Positions 16,398-26,378 of a stretch of 39,394 nucleotides of DNA are shown piece after piece (within the stretch, counting starts at the first letter, position 1; every line of letters starts with the position of its first letter). The notes beneath the pieces are model-generated. The model saw only the letters and a list, made by a program, of their open reading frames with translations, did no database searches and was not told the DNA's origin. This DNA is from Dehalococcoidia bacterium (GTDB taxonomy: Bacteria > Chloroflexota > Dehalococcoidia > Dehalococcoidales > RBG-16-60-22). Location: positions 1 to 39,394 of the forward strand of contig JBGPRB010000002.1 in NCBI GenBank assembly GCA_041489355.1. Direction: 5' to 3'. The position numbers were made by a program, and so were the translations under genes.

Positions 16398-16856
16398 ATG
16401 GTTTCAAAAAAGTTTGCCAAGTATTACAAAAGCAAACCCGTTGGAGATTTCACCAAGCTTTACCCCGCCCTCACCTCCCCCTCTTTCCATATCTGGGGCA
16501 AGGAATGGGACTCCGGCTACCGGATGGACTGGTTCTGCGTCACGGAACCTTTCCTGATGATAAACGAACCGCATACCCATGATTTCGACCAGTTCCTGGC
16601 TTTCCAGAACGCCGATGCTACCAGGGTTAATGAATTTGACGCCGAAGTCTGGCTTTACGTGGGTCCTAAGGGTAAGCAGGAAAAGTTCGTTATTACGGAA
16701 ACGTGTTTCGTGCATGTCCCGGCCGGCATGGTCCATACCCCGCTGGAGTTCAAAATAATCCGCAAACCCATCGTCTTCATGGATATCGCGTTGACAGCCC
16801 AGTACGTACGCAAACCGGAAGATAAAACAAAACCGGTAATGAAGGAAGAACACTAG
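16398..16856 (+). CDS. Hypothetical cupin-like protein
   Basis: AAGGAG RBS. EPHTHDFDQF ... VHVPAGMVHTP resembles the two cupin His motifs. The overlapping antisense ORF 16404-16871 has no RBS. Confidence 0.5.
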   Translation: MVSKKFAKYYKSKPVGDFTKLYPALTSPSFHIWGKEWDSGYRMDWFCVTEPFLMINEPHTHDFDQFLAFQNADATRVNEFDAEVWLYVGPKGKQEKFVITETCFVHVPAGMVHTPLEFKIIRKPIVFMDIALTAQYVRKPEDKTKPVMKEEH

Positions 16857-16922
16857 CGTACATATCGCCACGCAGACTTAAGCGGTAGTCACTTCAGGGC
16901 GGAAAGAGCTTGGTAGCCTGCC

Positions 16923-17633
16923 TTAAAACAGGCCTTCTCTTTTCAGGCTGATATAGCTCTTCCCGCCGATGATGACATGGTCCAGGACATCTATGCCCAC
17001 GATTTCCCCCGCCTGGGCCAGTCTTTTGGTCAACTGGATATCGTCTTCCGAAGCCTCGGTGTCCCCCGAAGGGTGATTATGGACGAAGATTACCGCTGCC
17101 GCGCTGGCTGAAATCGCTTCCTTAAATACCTCCCTGGGATGAACGATACTGCTGTCCAGGCTGCCGACCGATATTTCCGCCGCCTTGATTAACTGGTTCC
17201 TGGTATCCAGCAATATCGCCAGGAAATACTCTTTCTTTTTGTCTTTCAGCCTCCCCTGCACCAGGCTGGCCACATCCTCGGGGGTCTTTACCTGCGTCTT
17301 GCCCCCCGATTCCGAATAGCCTTCAACCCGATTGGCTAATTCGACGGCGGCTATTATCTGGGATGCCTTGGCAATGCCTATGCCGCGTATCTGGGCTAAT
17401 TGTTCGAGAGATGCCCCCGCTATCCCCTTGAGCCCCCCGAACTGGCTGAGCAGCCTCTGGGCGGTTACCATTACGGACTCCCCGGCGATTCCCCGCCCCA
17501 GGATAAGCGCCAGGATTTCCTGGGCGGACAGGGCATCCACCCCGAGCCTTTGCAGCCTCTCCCGCGGCCTGTCCGCTGCGGGCAAATCATGAATGGTCAT
17601 TGATTTGGATTTGCCTTGGCTTGGCTTCTTCAC
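16923..17633 (-). CDS. radC: RadC-family JAB/MPN domain protein
   Basis: N-terminal HhH (RPRERLQRLGVDALSAQEILALILG). JAMM motif HNHPSGD. Confidence 0.9.
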   Translation of the reverse strand: MKKPSQGKSKSMTIHDLPAADRPRERLQRLGVDALSAQEILALILGRGIAGESVMVTAQRLLSQFGGLKGIAGASLEQLAQIRGIGIAKASQIIAAVELANRVEGYSESGGKTQVKTPEDVASLVQGRLKDKKKEYFLAILLDTRNQLIKAAEISVGSLDSSIVHPREVFKEAISASAAAVIFVHNHPSGDTEASEDDIQLTKRLAQAGEIVGIDVLDHVIIGGKSYISLKREGLF

Positions 17634-17861
17634 AACAGCTTAGTCTAGCACTTCGCCCGCAGACATAGCAAGATAAACGGCTTATCTACCACCTCGCCTT
17701 TCAGGGCAGATACTGGGTAATAACCACCATCTAATTTGATGGTGCGTTTTTTCATAATCAGGGTTGACCAGATTCAAAAACATCACCGTAATGAATATCA
17801 TCAAATAGACGATAAGTTTACTGCCTGTCATACGAACTGTCTTATGACCAGAAGGAGAAAA

Positions 17862-18071
17862 ATGCTCTGTGTAATCCGGGCAAAAGCCTGTAAAAGATGC
17901 GGGGGAGACCTTTCGCTGGAGTGTGATATCTACGGCGTCTATATCGAATGTATCCAGTGCGGCGCCACCTGGAGTAAGAGTGACCTGGCACTTCCGACCG
18001 CCCAGGAGGTTGAAAAATCCCTGAAAGCCGTAAAAGCGAAACGTCTGGCAACTGCCGTCAGACGGAGATAA
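17862..18071 (+). CDS. Hypothetical 69-aa zinc-ribbon protein (C-x2-C-x17-C-x2-C)
   Basis: Start moved to ATG 17862 (AAGGAG 6 nt upstream) from the ORF-track start at 17736. Confidence 0.45.
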   Translation: MLCVIRAKACKRCGGDLSLECDIYGVYIECIQCGATWSKSDLALPTAQEVEKSLKAVKAKRLATAVRRR

Positions 18072-18086
18072 CCCTTGTTCTCTTCC

Positions 18087-19199
18087 TCACTTTACCGCCG
18101 CGCCCTCTGGAGAAGCCTGCCATTTAGCATTCAAGCCGTCCATGTCGAAGCCGTAAACCTTGTTCAAAGCCTCGTCATAACCGCTGCCCTGTCTGAAAGT
18201 ACTGAGCAATTCGAACATCTTTTCCCGTCCGTAATCGTTAATGAGATATGCCACGATTCTATCGCTCTCGGCATAAGCCAGGACGGACTGTTCGGCATAG
18301 GCGGAAAACGGGCTGGCCAGGCTGCGTACCGAGATAAATTTATTATCGGCTTCGGCTTTGGATAAAGCGTCGGTAAAATCAGATTCCAGTTCCCCTTCGG
18401 CCACCATCGCCAGGCCCTCGTCGAGCCAAACGGGTAATTCGTTATAGGGATTGAAGGTCACCTGGTGTATCACCAGATGTGTCAGCTCATGAGCGATTGC
18501 CCGTTTCCCCCACTCGAGGTCAGCCAGGGTTGGCGTTATGCCGATGGCGATAATGCCATAAGGTGTAAAGGAGACCCCGCCCGTCCATTCCTGGGGAAAA
18601 ATCATCGACCCCCGTAAATCATTGGCATTGGCGTAAATGTATAAACTGACCGGACTTTCCAGTTCGGCGCCGGTATTCTCCGCCAGCCGGGTCAGCGCCT
18701 GCTGCGTGGCCGCCATCAGCTCGCCGGCAAAAGAGTCGTCGCCTTTATACCAGAAAATCGTTACGCTCTTCTGGGTAATGTTACGCCAGTTGTAGCGGCC
18801 GTCCTCTATATGAATCCCGGCTGGTGTCGTTTCTACTTTTTTTCCGCTGGCATCGGTTACCGTCCACCAGTAAGATAAGCTCGACCCCGGCGGCAGCCCG
18901 CCCGTTTTCCTCATATCCAGTATATATTGCGTCTTTACCGTCGTTGCCGGCGTAAAATCGATATAGACCTCGCTGGTGACCTTGGCATGTTCCATGCGGT
19001 CGACCCTGTAGTGAAGGCGGATATCAGTAATGCCGGCGTCGCTGCCGGCGGATATATCGAAGATGAGCCTCGCCGGAAAATCCATCCTCGCTGAGCTGTC
19101 CAGTACCGCTAATGCGCTGTCTGCCTTTACCGCCCCGGCTATTATAAAGACAAGCAGTAAAAAAATAGCCAGAAAAGATAAGAGTGTTTTCTTATTCAT
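18087..19199 (-). CDS. Secreted zinc metallopeptidase, peptidase-MA-like
   Basis: Signal peptide. HELTH zinc motif with a downstream WLDEGLA Glu. The start overlaps the prfB stop (ATGA). Confidence 0.78.
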   Translation of the reverse strand: MNKKTLLSFLAIFLLLVFIIAGAVKADSALAVLDSSARMDFPARLIFDISAGSDAGITDIRLHYRVDRMEHAKVTSEVYIDFTPATTVKTQYILDMRKTGGLPPGSSLSYWWTVTDASGKKVETTPAGIHIEDGRYNWRNITQKSVTIFWYKGDDSFAGELMAATQQALTRLAENTGAELESPVSLYIYANANDLRGSMIFPQEWTGGVSFTPYGIIAIGITPTLADLEWGKRAIAHELTHLVIHQVTFNPYNELPVWLDEGLAMVAEGELESDFTDALSKAEADNKFISVRSLASPFSAYAEQSVLAYAESDRIVAYLINDYGREKMFELLSTFRQGSGYDEALNKVYGFDMDGLNAKWQASPEGAAVK

Positions 19200-20294
19200 T
19201 CTTTCTTCCCCATTATAGACCGTAAATATGCGTCGATAAAGTCATCCAGCTCTCCATTTAAAACGGCTTCCGTATTGCTCGTCTCATAACCTGTCCTGTG
19301 GTCCTTGACCATCCGGTACGGGTGCAGAACGTAGCTCCTGATTTGATTGCCCCACCCGGCATCTATCCTCTTCCCCTTCAATCTGGCTTTCTCCTCTTCT
19401 CTCTTCTCCAGTTCCCGCTCCAGGATACGGGCCCTGAGTATCTTCAGTGCAAAATCCTTATTCATATGCTGGGAACGCTCGCTCTGGCAGGATACGACGA
19501 TACCCGTCGACAGGTGGGTTATCCTGACGGCGCTGCTCGTTTTCTGCATGTGCTGTCCCCCCGGCCCGCTGGAGCGAAACGTCTCCACCTTAATATCATC
19601 AGGCGAGATGTTCACGTCGACATTACCCTCGGCCTCGGGCATGACCTCTATGAGGGCAAATGAAGTATGCCGGGCATGGTCGGCATCGAAGGGAGAGAGA
19701 CGCACCAGCCGGTGGACGCCGTGTTCCGATTTCAAATAGCCGGCGGCGTAGTCCCCTTTAACGGCGATGACCGTGCTTTTTATTCCCGCTTCATCCCCCG
19801 GTGAGGTGTCCAGTATTTCCGTTTCAAAGCCGCGGCGCTCCGCCCAGCGCAGGTACATCCTCATCAGCATTTCCGCCCAGTCCTGTGACTCGGTGCCCCC
19901 GGCGCCGGCGTGTATCGCCAGGATGGCGTTACGGGCGTCGTACTCGCTGCTGAAAGCCAGCTGGAACTCCAGCTCATCCACCTGAGAGGCCAGCTCATCG
20001 AGTTCCCTCTTTAGCTCCGTTTGAAGAGATTCGTCTCCTTCCGATATGTTCATTAGCTCGGCGATGTCGGTCAGCTTTTTCTCCAGCCCCCGCCACCTCT
20101 GCACTGCCCTTCTCCCGTCGGCAAGCTGGCGCATGACATCCTGGGCATTGGCCTGGTCGAGCCAGAAATCAGGCTTGGCCGACTTCTCTTCCAGTTTGAC
20201 GATTTCTTTTTCTTTGCCGGCGATGTCAAAGATGCTCCAGGGCTGCATTTACCCGACTCTGTAAATCCTCGAGCTTTTCTCTCAACTCCTGCAT
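19196..20294 (-). CDS. prfB: Peptide chain release factor 2, requires programmed +1 frameshift
   Basis: Frame 0 runs 20294-20229 (MQELREKLEDLQSRVNAALEHL) and ends at CTT TGA C. The +1 frame continues 20227-19196 (DIAGKEKE...). SPF and GGQ motifs are present. The joined length is 365 aa. Confidence 0.93.
20225..20231 (-). promoter_or_regulatory. RF2 +1 frameshift site CTT TGA C, with a GGAG element 3 nt upstream
   Basis: The minus strand reads CTGGAGCAT CTT TGA C. This is the same arrangement as the classical autoregulatory site. Confidence 0.9.
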
Positions 20295-20366
20295 ATTTCC
20301 TCACTCCGCTGATAAAAGATTTTTCAAACCTTCTCCAAATACCTGCCTGCGGCCAACAAACCATTT

Positions 20367-20491
20367 GTCATTCCAGCGTAGGCTGGAATCCAGAACCTCA
20401 GTATTGTCATTCTGACCCCGATGCAATCGGGGGAAGAATCTCGGGGTGGAGTGGTGGTGGTTTGGATTCCCTGTTCAAGACCGAGAATGAC
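20367..20491 (+). repeat. Three family B repeats: 20367-20393 (+), 20406-20442 (+), 20464-20491 (-)
   Basis: GTCATTCCAGCgtagGCTGGAATCCAG; GTCATTCTGACCCCGATgcaATCGGGGGAAGAATC; inverted GGATTCCCTGTTCAAGACCGAGAATGAC. Confidence 0.75.
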
Positions 20492-20520
20492 ATCGCAACT
20501 ATTTTATTCCATATTAACAC

Positions 20521-21213
20521 TTACTTGTAATTGACACCCTCTTTCACTCTCAAATTCCCCCCCGCCGCCTGGTGCGCCAGCCGCGTCGGCTCCGGCAAAC
20601 GGTAGCCCCGGCAGCACGCCAGCACCCAGCGCATCGCCGAGGGCAAATCAATCATGTGGCCGATAGATACGTAGACCGGCTTTACGCCTGATTTCGTGCG
20701 CAGGGCTGAACCGATAACCTCCCCGTTATCTGAAAGGTCAGCATAGCTGCCCGCTTCACTACCCGGCTCCTCGCATTCGCCGCACAACCGCGACTTGGCG
20801 CAGCCGATGGTGGGTACGCTCAGGAAAAGCCCCAGGTGCGAGGCCAGTCCCATCCGCCGCGGGTGGGCTATACCCTGCCCGTCCACCATGATAAGGTCGG
20901 GCGTAACTGTAATTTTCTCCAGGGCCGCCAGTATCAGCGGTGCTTCCCGGAATGAAAGCAGACCCGGGACATAGGGGAACTCGATGCGGTCGGTCACTAC
21001 CGCCGTTTCCACGATTTCGAGGTCGGGATAGCTTAAAACGACCGCCGCCCCTTTACCCGTTCCTGCCCATCTATTCACCGAGATATCAACGCCGCCTATC
21101 AGACGCGGGCTAGTAACTTTTCCCTCACGCGAAACCTGTTCAGCCAGCTCCAGTTGAATATCTTTAGCTTGAGCCGTGGTTACCCGCCAGCTGTGCCGCC
21201 GGACTATCTGCAT
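20521..21213 (-). CDS. nfi: Endonuclease V
   Basis: GGVDIS, PYVPGLLSFRE, VDGQGIAHPRR.GLASHLG and PTIGCAK motifs. I prefer start ATG 21213; an alternative in-frame ATG is at 21252. Confidence 0.88.
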   Translation of the reverse strand: MQIVRRHSWRVTTAQAKDIQLELAEQVSREGKVTSPRLIGGVDISVNRWAGTGKGAAVVLSYPDLEIVETAVVTDRIEFPYVPGLLSFREAPLILAALEKITVTPDLIMVDGQGIAHPRRMGLASHLGLFLSVPTIGCAKSRLCGECEEPGSEAGSYADLSDNGEVIGSALRTKSGVKPVYVSIGHMIDLPSAMRWVLACCRGYRLPEPTRLAHQAAGGNLRVKEGVNYK

Positions 21214-21270
21214 ATTTTGATTATAAACGCAGCGCCAGCCGCCAGGCAACATATGTACCGGAACAACGCC

Positions 21271-22128
21271 TTATTTCTGGCTGAATGGATCCGTCGGGTT
21301 ACGCCCCTGGAGGATATCCTCCATCCGCGCTTGAATCATGGGCATCGCAGCTTCCATATTGGGGAGTATGTAAAATTTCTTCTCTCTGATAGCATCGAAA
21401 ACGATATCGGCGACCTTAGCCGGCGCCATTCCATTCTCAATCGCCGGCTTCAGCCAGGCCACAATGGCCGGGTCTAACTTGCTAATTTGTTCTTCAGCTG
21501 CGTCGTTCTTCAACTCTGCCGGACGATTGCGCTCGCATGATATGATGTTGGTCTTAGTTGCTCCCGGGCATAATACGGAAACACCGATGCTGGAGCCTCC
21601 CTGTTGCATCTGACGGTAGAGGTCTTCAGAGAGTGCTACAACGCCGTGCTTACTGACTGTGTATGGGCTGGGATGCGGAATGACGACTAAACCAACGGTG
21701 GAAGCGGTGTTGACAATATGGCATTCCGTGTTCTGCTTGAGCATGATTGGCACGAAGAAATGAACACCATAAATCACTCCCCAGAGGTTTACACCCAGGG
21801 TCCATTGCCAGTCAGCCAGCGTGCTTCCCCAGACGTTGCCTCCACCTGCCACGCCGGCGTTGTTGAATAGCAGGTGCACTGCCCCGAAAGCAGCTATCGT
21901 CTTTTGAGCCAGAGCTTCGACATCACCGGCCTTTGATACATCGGTTTTTACCACCAGCGTGGTCGCCCCAGTCTTCTTGATGTCCTTTTCGGCCTTTTTA
22001 AGTGTGTCTTCATTTATGCCCGCCAGGACGACCTTCATGCCCTCCTGCGCACATCGTTCCGCCAGCCCGAAGCCAATCCCGCTGGCTGCGCCTGTGATAA
22101 CCGCTACCTTACCTTTAAAGTCTTTCAT
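21271..22128 (-). CDS. SDR-family oxidoreductase
   Basis: TGAASGIG cofactor motif, NNAG, and catalytic YTVSK. Confidence 0.9.
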   Translation of the reverse strand: MKDFKGKVAVITGAASGIGFGLAERCAQEGMKVVLAGINEDTLKKAEKDIKKTGATTLVVKTDVSKAGDVEALAQKTIAAFGAVHLLFNNAGVAGGGNVWGSTLADWQWTLGVNLWGVIYGVHFFVPIMLKQNTECHIVNTASTVGLVVIPHPSPYTVSKHGVVALSEDLYRQMQQGGSSIGVSVLCPGATKTNIISCERNRPAELKNDAAEEQISKLDPAIVAWLKPAIENGMAPAKVADIVFDAIREKKFYILPNMEAAMPMIQARMEDILQGRNPTDPFSQK

Positions 22129-22302
22129 CTCTCCCCTCCTTCAATCAGGTATCGGAATTATATATGCAGTGATAATAATTGTCAAAGTACACAAATAATG
22201 GTACTGTTTGCATTTGGTTGATGATTCTACCATACCCCTTGCTGAATAGGAGCATTTCGTTAAATCGCACTTTTACCCGTCTTAAAAGGGGAGTGCGCAG
22301 CG

Positions 22303-22408
22303 AGAGGGGGCGCAGCCCCCTCTCATTAGGTTTCTCCCTCTCCAAATGTAATTACCAACGGTTATGTTCAATGCCTTATTTGGAGAGGGAGACCAAGAGG
22401 GTGAGGTA
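22303..22408 (+). repeat. Family C-like hairpin (GAGAGGGGGC gca GCCCCCTCTC, 22303-22324) + family A repeat (22333-22408)
   Basis: CTCCCTCTCCAAAT ... ATTTGGAGAGGGAG stem, then ACCAAGAGGGTGAGGTAA tail. Confidence 0.8.
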
Positions 22409-22668
22409 AGATGGTTAGGTTAAAATTGTTGTATGCACAACCAAAACCAAACAGAACCCAAATAATATAAACACAACTGATGTCCTTTACTTCACCCCTT
22501 CTTAACATAACTCTAAAAACGAATCAAAGCTACCCACGAACGATTTGTTTCCTTAAAAAAATTTCTTATTTGTCGTCCGCTAATATGCCCGAATGCCATG
22601 AAATATGCTAAAATGGCAGAACGAATGGTACTGTTGATAACAATATAGTCGTTACTGGAGACGAAGTA

Positions 22669-23298
22669 TTGACCTATTCATTACGCCCTATGGGTAAAGA
22701 GGACCTCGACCAGATAAACGCAATTGACCGCGAAGCATTCCCTACCCAGTGGCCCCCGGCCAACTACCGGCAGGAACTGCAAAATAAGCTCGCCCACTAC
22801 ATTGTTGCCTGCGACGGCACCAGAACTGTAGATGCCCCCATAGTAAAACCGCATAAAAATATACTCGGTTTGTTTTCCAGGATTATGCCATGGGTCAAGC
22901 AGCCTCCTCCCCAGGATGAACCCTTACCACGGGTTAAGCTCCATTACATCGTCGGTTTCTCTGGCATCTGGATGATGGTGGACGAAGCTCACATTACCAA
23001 TATCGCCGTGCGCCAGCAATATCAGGGGATGGGACTCGGAGAGTTGCTGCTCATAGCCACGATTGACCTGTCCAGAGACCTTAAGGCCAGCTTCCTGACA
23101 CTGGAGGTGCGCGCCTCGAATCTCGTGGCTCAGAACCTCTATAGTAAATACGGATTTATTAAAACGGGTGTACGCCGCAGCTACTACCTAGACAATAGAG
23201 AAGACGCCATAATAATGTCCACCGAGAGTATCAAATCAGAATCATTTCAATTACGTCTACAACAGCTGAGGGAAGCCCTGACTAATAAACTCAGCTAG
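22669..23298 (+). CDS. rimI: GNAT acetyltransferase, RimI-like (ribosomal protein S18-alanine N-acetyltransferase)
   Basis: TTG start with GGAG upstream. Acetyl-CoA motif RQQYQGMGLG. It is longer than typical because of an internal insert of about 50 aa. Confidence 0.75.
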   Translation: MTYSLRPMGKEDLDQINAIDREAFPTQWPPANYRQELQNKLAHYIVACDGTRTVDAPIVKPHKNILGLFSRIMPWVKQPPPQDEPLPRVKLHYIVGFSGIWMMVDEAHITNIAVRQQYQGMGLGELLLIATIDLSRDLKASFLTLEVRASNLVAQNLYSKYGFIKTGVRRSYYLDNREDAIIMSTESIKSESFQLRLQQLREALTNKLS

Positions 23299-23437
23299 GC
23301 AACCGCTCGGGATAGCACATTCTCGCTTTTAGTTATTCCCGATTCTTATACCTGCCCGTTTTCTCTAAGTTCATTCAATGGTTATACCTTAGTCGGCGAT
23401 ATAAAGCGAATCAGGGATGATTATATAGCGAGGTTTC

Positions 23438-24898
23438 TTACTTGCTGATAATAATGTTGAAGGAAACCCCCGCGCTCGCGCTATCATTAATGGATGTAAT
23501 GCGAACGTCAGAGAACTTCCCGAGTGCCTCCAGAGCGGTAACGTAACCGACAACTGTGAAGGCGTTGTCAGCTCCACCCGTCATGGTTATCTGGTTTTTG
23601 CCCACTTCGACAGATGTGAAATAGGCTCCAGAGGGGAGGGCATCGGTAACCAGTTTGAGATTATAAGCGAAGTCGCCGCCGGCACTTAAGAAGTATTGAT
23701 ATTCCTGCCTGGCAGTTTCTGTATCAGCAATTACTTTATTTGTTGTGTCTGTAATTTGCTTTGCCTTGTCAGCTAAAAGCGTTGCTTGATTAAGTTCCTG
23801 ATTAAGCCCGGCCAGCTCCGTTTGCAGGCGCGTGGTTTCAGCATCTGTCTGGCTTCTAAGCTGGTTCATGGGAAGTAGCAGTCCCAGGCCAGTTAATACC
23901 GCCAGGAATAAAAGAACAAGTGGTAGTCTTATCCAGCTTTTCCGAATCCCAAACTGACCAGAGAGTATGTTAAGGTTTATGTCGCGGAAGTATGTGCTCT
24001 GGCCATTAGTAGCTGGCTTCATTGGCAGCTTTTTCAAAGCCAGACCGATATTGGTGGCAAACGATGCGGCTGGCAAGTCAGGAGGTAATTTCAACGGCGG
24101 CTTCAGAGGCTCGACGGGGTGTCCGACCTCAGCCGAAATAAGTTCTCTGGTGGCAACATCAGCTGATAATTCTCCGGTCACTAATAAAGATGCAGTAGTA
24201 CTAAGAGGACTCTGGGGGTGATTATTATTATAGAACTCCACCGTCTTTAATAACTCGTCAGCCAATTTCCGTATATTCTCCTCCATGGTCGCTCCCGGCC
24301 CTCTGGGAGAAATAGTATGCATAATCGCCGGCATACCGTCAGCGATAAGAACAATATCAAAACAATCCGACTCCATATTTACTATTATGGCTTCTCTCCG
24401 ATGGGCTACCCTCGCCAACGCCAGCGGATTCAGGTCGATAACGTAAGGCTGTATATCAACCTCTCCCAGTGCCTGTACTAAAACATCGATAGGGTTACGC
24501 GGCACTCCCAGAATGAGGAAACCCGCTTCATCAGCCCCATTGCTGATAGCCTGCCCGCAGAGGTATAACTCTTCGGGCGGCAATAACATTTCTCTCCTGG
24601 CTGCCCGCTGGATGGCCTCGGACAGGGAATCACGTTCCATTCGCGGCAGGGTCAGGATGCGGTGGATAAAGGACAAGCCGGTAAGGCTGGTGATGACACG
24701 CTTTTTGGTAATGCCTGTTGATTTAAATAAAGAATTAATCACCGCCCCGACAACCTTCGGTCGTAGAATAAGTCCGTCCTTGACCAGCCCCGGCGGCAAT
24801 GGCATACTACCCCATTTTTCTACCTCTCTTCCCCTGACAGAGAGGAGCCTGACACTGGTAGAGCTAATATTTAACGTGACATAAGTTCTTCCACTCAT
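23438..24898 (-). CDS. pilM: Type IV pilus assembly protein PilM fused to a PilN-like TM/coiled-coil domain
   Basis: The N-terminal portion of about 320 aa is actin-like PilM. It is followed by an INLN motif, a TM helix (LVLLFLAVLTGLGLLL), a coiled coil and a PilN-like C-terminus. Confidence 0.78.
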   Translation of the reverse strand: MSGRTYVTLNISSTSVRLLSVRGREVEKWGSMPLPPGLVKDGLILRPKVVGAVINSLFKSTGITKKRVITSLTGLSFIHRILTLPRMERDSLSEAIQRAARREMLLPPEELYLCGQAISNGADEAGFLILGVPRNPIDVLVQALGEVDIQPYVIDLNPLALARVAHRREAIIVNMESDCFDIVLIADGMPAIMHTISPRGPGATMEENIRKLADELLKTVEFYNNNHPQSPLSTTASLLVTGELSADVATRELISAEVGHPVEPLKPPLKLPPDLPAASFATNIGLALKKLPMKPATNGQSTYFRDINLNILSGQFGIRKSWIRLPLVLLFLAVLTGLGLLLPMNQLRSQTDAETTRLQTELAGLNQELNQATLLADKAKQITDTTNKVIADTETARQEYQYFLSAGGDFAYNLKLVTDALPSGAYFTSVEVGKNQITMTGGADNAFTVVGYVTALEALGKFSDVRITSINDSASAGVSFNIIISK

Positions 24899-24913
24899 TT
24901 GATAATTAGCTCC

Positions 24914-25486
24914 TTACATGGCAGAGGTGAACTTGGTATAGATAGCTAAACCCAGGCTGGCAGTGACACTCCCAGTTTCTCCTGATGATGTAGGGACCCT
25001 GGTGACACTTAGACTTTCGACGACAAGGCTCTCAAACTCTCCATTTTTCAATTTACTAACAAAGCTGGTCAACTGCGGAAAACTGCCACTGATAGCCATA
25101 TTTATCCGAAACACATAATATCCCTTGCCGATATTGTCTGCTGACCATGGTCTGGTGGACAAGGGAATAGCTTTAACCTCACAGGCATCGGCCAGCTTGA
25201 GAATAGCATTGATGACCTGAGTGCCGTTGATGTCTCTCGGCAGAGCGTTCTGTGCATCAGCCAGGCTAGCCTCTGCCTCAGCCAGTTTCTGCTCCAGGTC
25301 CTGTGGTGGCTCAGGAGTATCGGCAAGTGTCTGAGTAACTTCGGCAATTTGGGATGTCACCGCCTCATTCTTCTGGCGTTGTCTCAGATAGTCCATCCCC
25401 ATGAAGCAATTAACCGCTAGCAGGACAACCAGGGCAATTATTAAAGAGGTGATGATTGACTTGCTTTTCAAAATTTTCTCCTCCAC
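24914..25486 (-). CDS. pilO: PilO-like pilus assembly protein
   Basis: N-terminal TM helix, coiled coil and C-terminal alpha/beta domain. It occupies the pilO position beside pilMN. Confidence 0.6.
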   Translation of the reverse strand: MEEKILKSKSIITSLIIALVVLLAVNCFMGMDYLRQRQKNEAVTSQIAEVTQTLADTPEPPQDLEQKLAEAEASLADAQNALPRDINGTQVINAILKLADACEVKAIPLSTRPWSADNIGKGYYVFRINMAISGSFPQLTSFVSKLKNGEFESLVVESLSVTRVPTSSGETGSVTASLGLAIYTKFTSAM

Positions 25487-25517
25487 TTGGGTTTCAATGT
25501 TTTTATTACCGATGGCA

Positions 25518-25922
25518 TCATGAGCTTATCTGCCACTGACTAACGGTGACATTTCCACTTATTATTTGAACGATAGCCTGTATAGTCTCACCATCGGCAA
25601 CGGACACAACCTCATAAGTCGAATTATCTGCCAGGGTAACCGTAATATCCGGTATGATGCCATTAATCGTCTCTCCCAGCTGATAGTTGACACTGTCCCC
25701 GGGTGTAGACATCTCGCCAGCAAGGTCACCATAGGTCAGGTCCCAGATAGCATGTTCCACACCGGAATCGCCGGAGTACTGCTGGCTTATCGCCTCTCCA
25801 TAAATTCGCGAGCCTATCAGTCCGTCGCCGGCGTGTCCGAGAAACGGGACTATTACCAGCCCACCAAAGGCAACTATCGCCAGTACTATAACGAGGGCTT
25901 GCCCTTTTTCGCCGTTCTTCAT
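25518..25922 (-). CDS. Minor pilin-like protein lacking Glu5 (PilX-like N-terminus)
   Basis: MKNGEKGQ/ALVIVLAIVAFGG hydrophobic N-terminus. Located within the pilin gene block. Confidence 0.5.
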   Translation of the reverse strand: MKNGEKGQALVIVLAIVAFGGLVIVPFLGHAGDGLIGSRIYGEAISQQYSGDSGVEHAIWDLTYGDLAGEMSTPGDSVNYQLGETINGIIPDITVTLADNSTYEVVSVADGETIQAIVQIISGNVTVSQWQISS

Positions 25923-25928
25923 TCCTGC

Positions 25929-26378
25929 TCACCCCTCCGTGGGACGGAGGTAGACTTTATACGTTTCATTTTCACTCACCCCCCACCTGCCCGCAGGTGA
26001 CGAGGTAATATCCATAGTGATGTAGCGGTCTTGAACAGAGAAATTTATGGTAGTAATATTATTTGCAAGCGTCCTGTTGATGGTGCCGGTGCTGCGGACA
26101 AGGTCGGTGCCTGCCAGCGTATAACTGATTGAGGAGTCATCGGGCAGGGTGAGGACCAGCTCATCACCACCGGTAGCCGATTGCGCCATCTGCCCGTCAA
26201 GGTTGACCCAGTGAGCTACGTTTTGCAGCTCATGCAGGGCTGTCACCCTGTCATTACCGTATTCAGGAATAGTGACCACCTGATGGAGAGCCTCCCCCAG
26301 GCCGCTAAAGATAACTCCCATAATAGCGGTGGCGATAAGCAATTCAACCAGGGTAAATCCCTGCTGTCCCTTCATCAT
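25929..26378 (-). CDS. Minor (pseudo)pilin with prepilin-type N-terminal methylation motif
   Basis: MMKGQQG/FTLVELLIATAIMG. Confidence 0.75.
   Translation of the reverse strand: MMKGQQGFTLVELLIATAIMGVIFSGLGEALHQVVTIPEYGNDRVTALHELQNVAHWVNLDGQMAQSATGGDELVLTLPDDSSISYTLAGTDLVRSTGTINRTLANNITTINFSVQDRYITMDITSSPAGRWGVSENETYKVYLRPTEG

Noticed and set aside
22145-22409. ORFs 22145-22345(-) and 22179-22409(+)
   Set aside because: They are translations of family A and C repeats and A+T-rich spacer in the divergent SDR/rimI intergenic region. They have no RBS.
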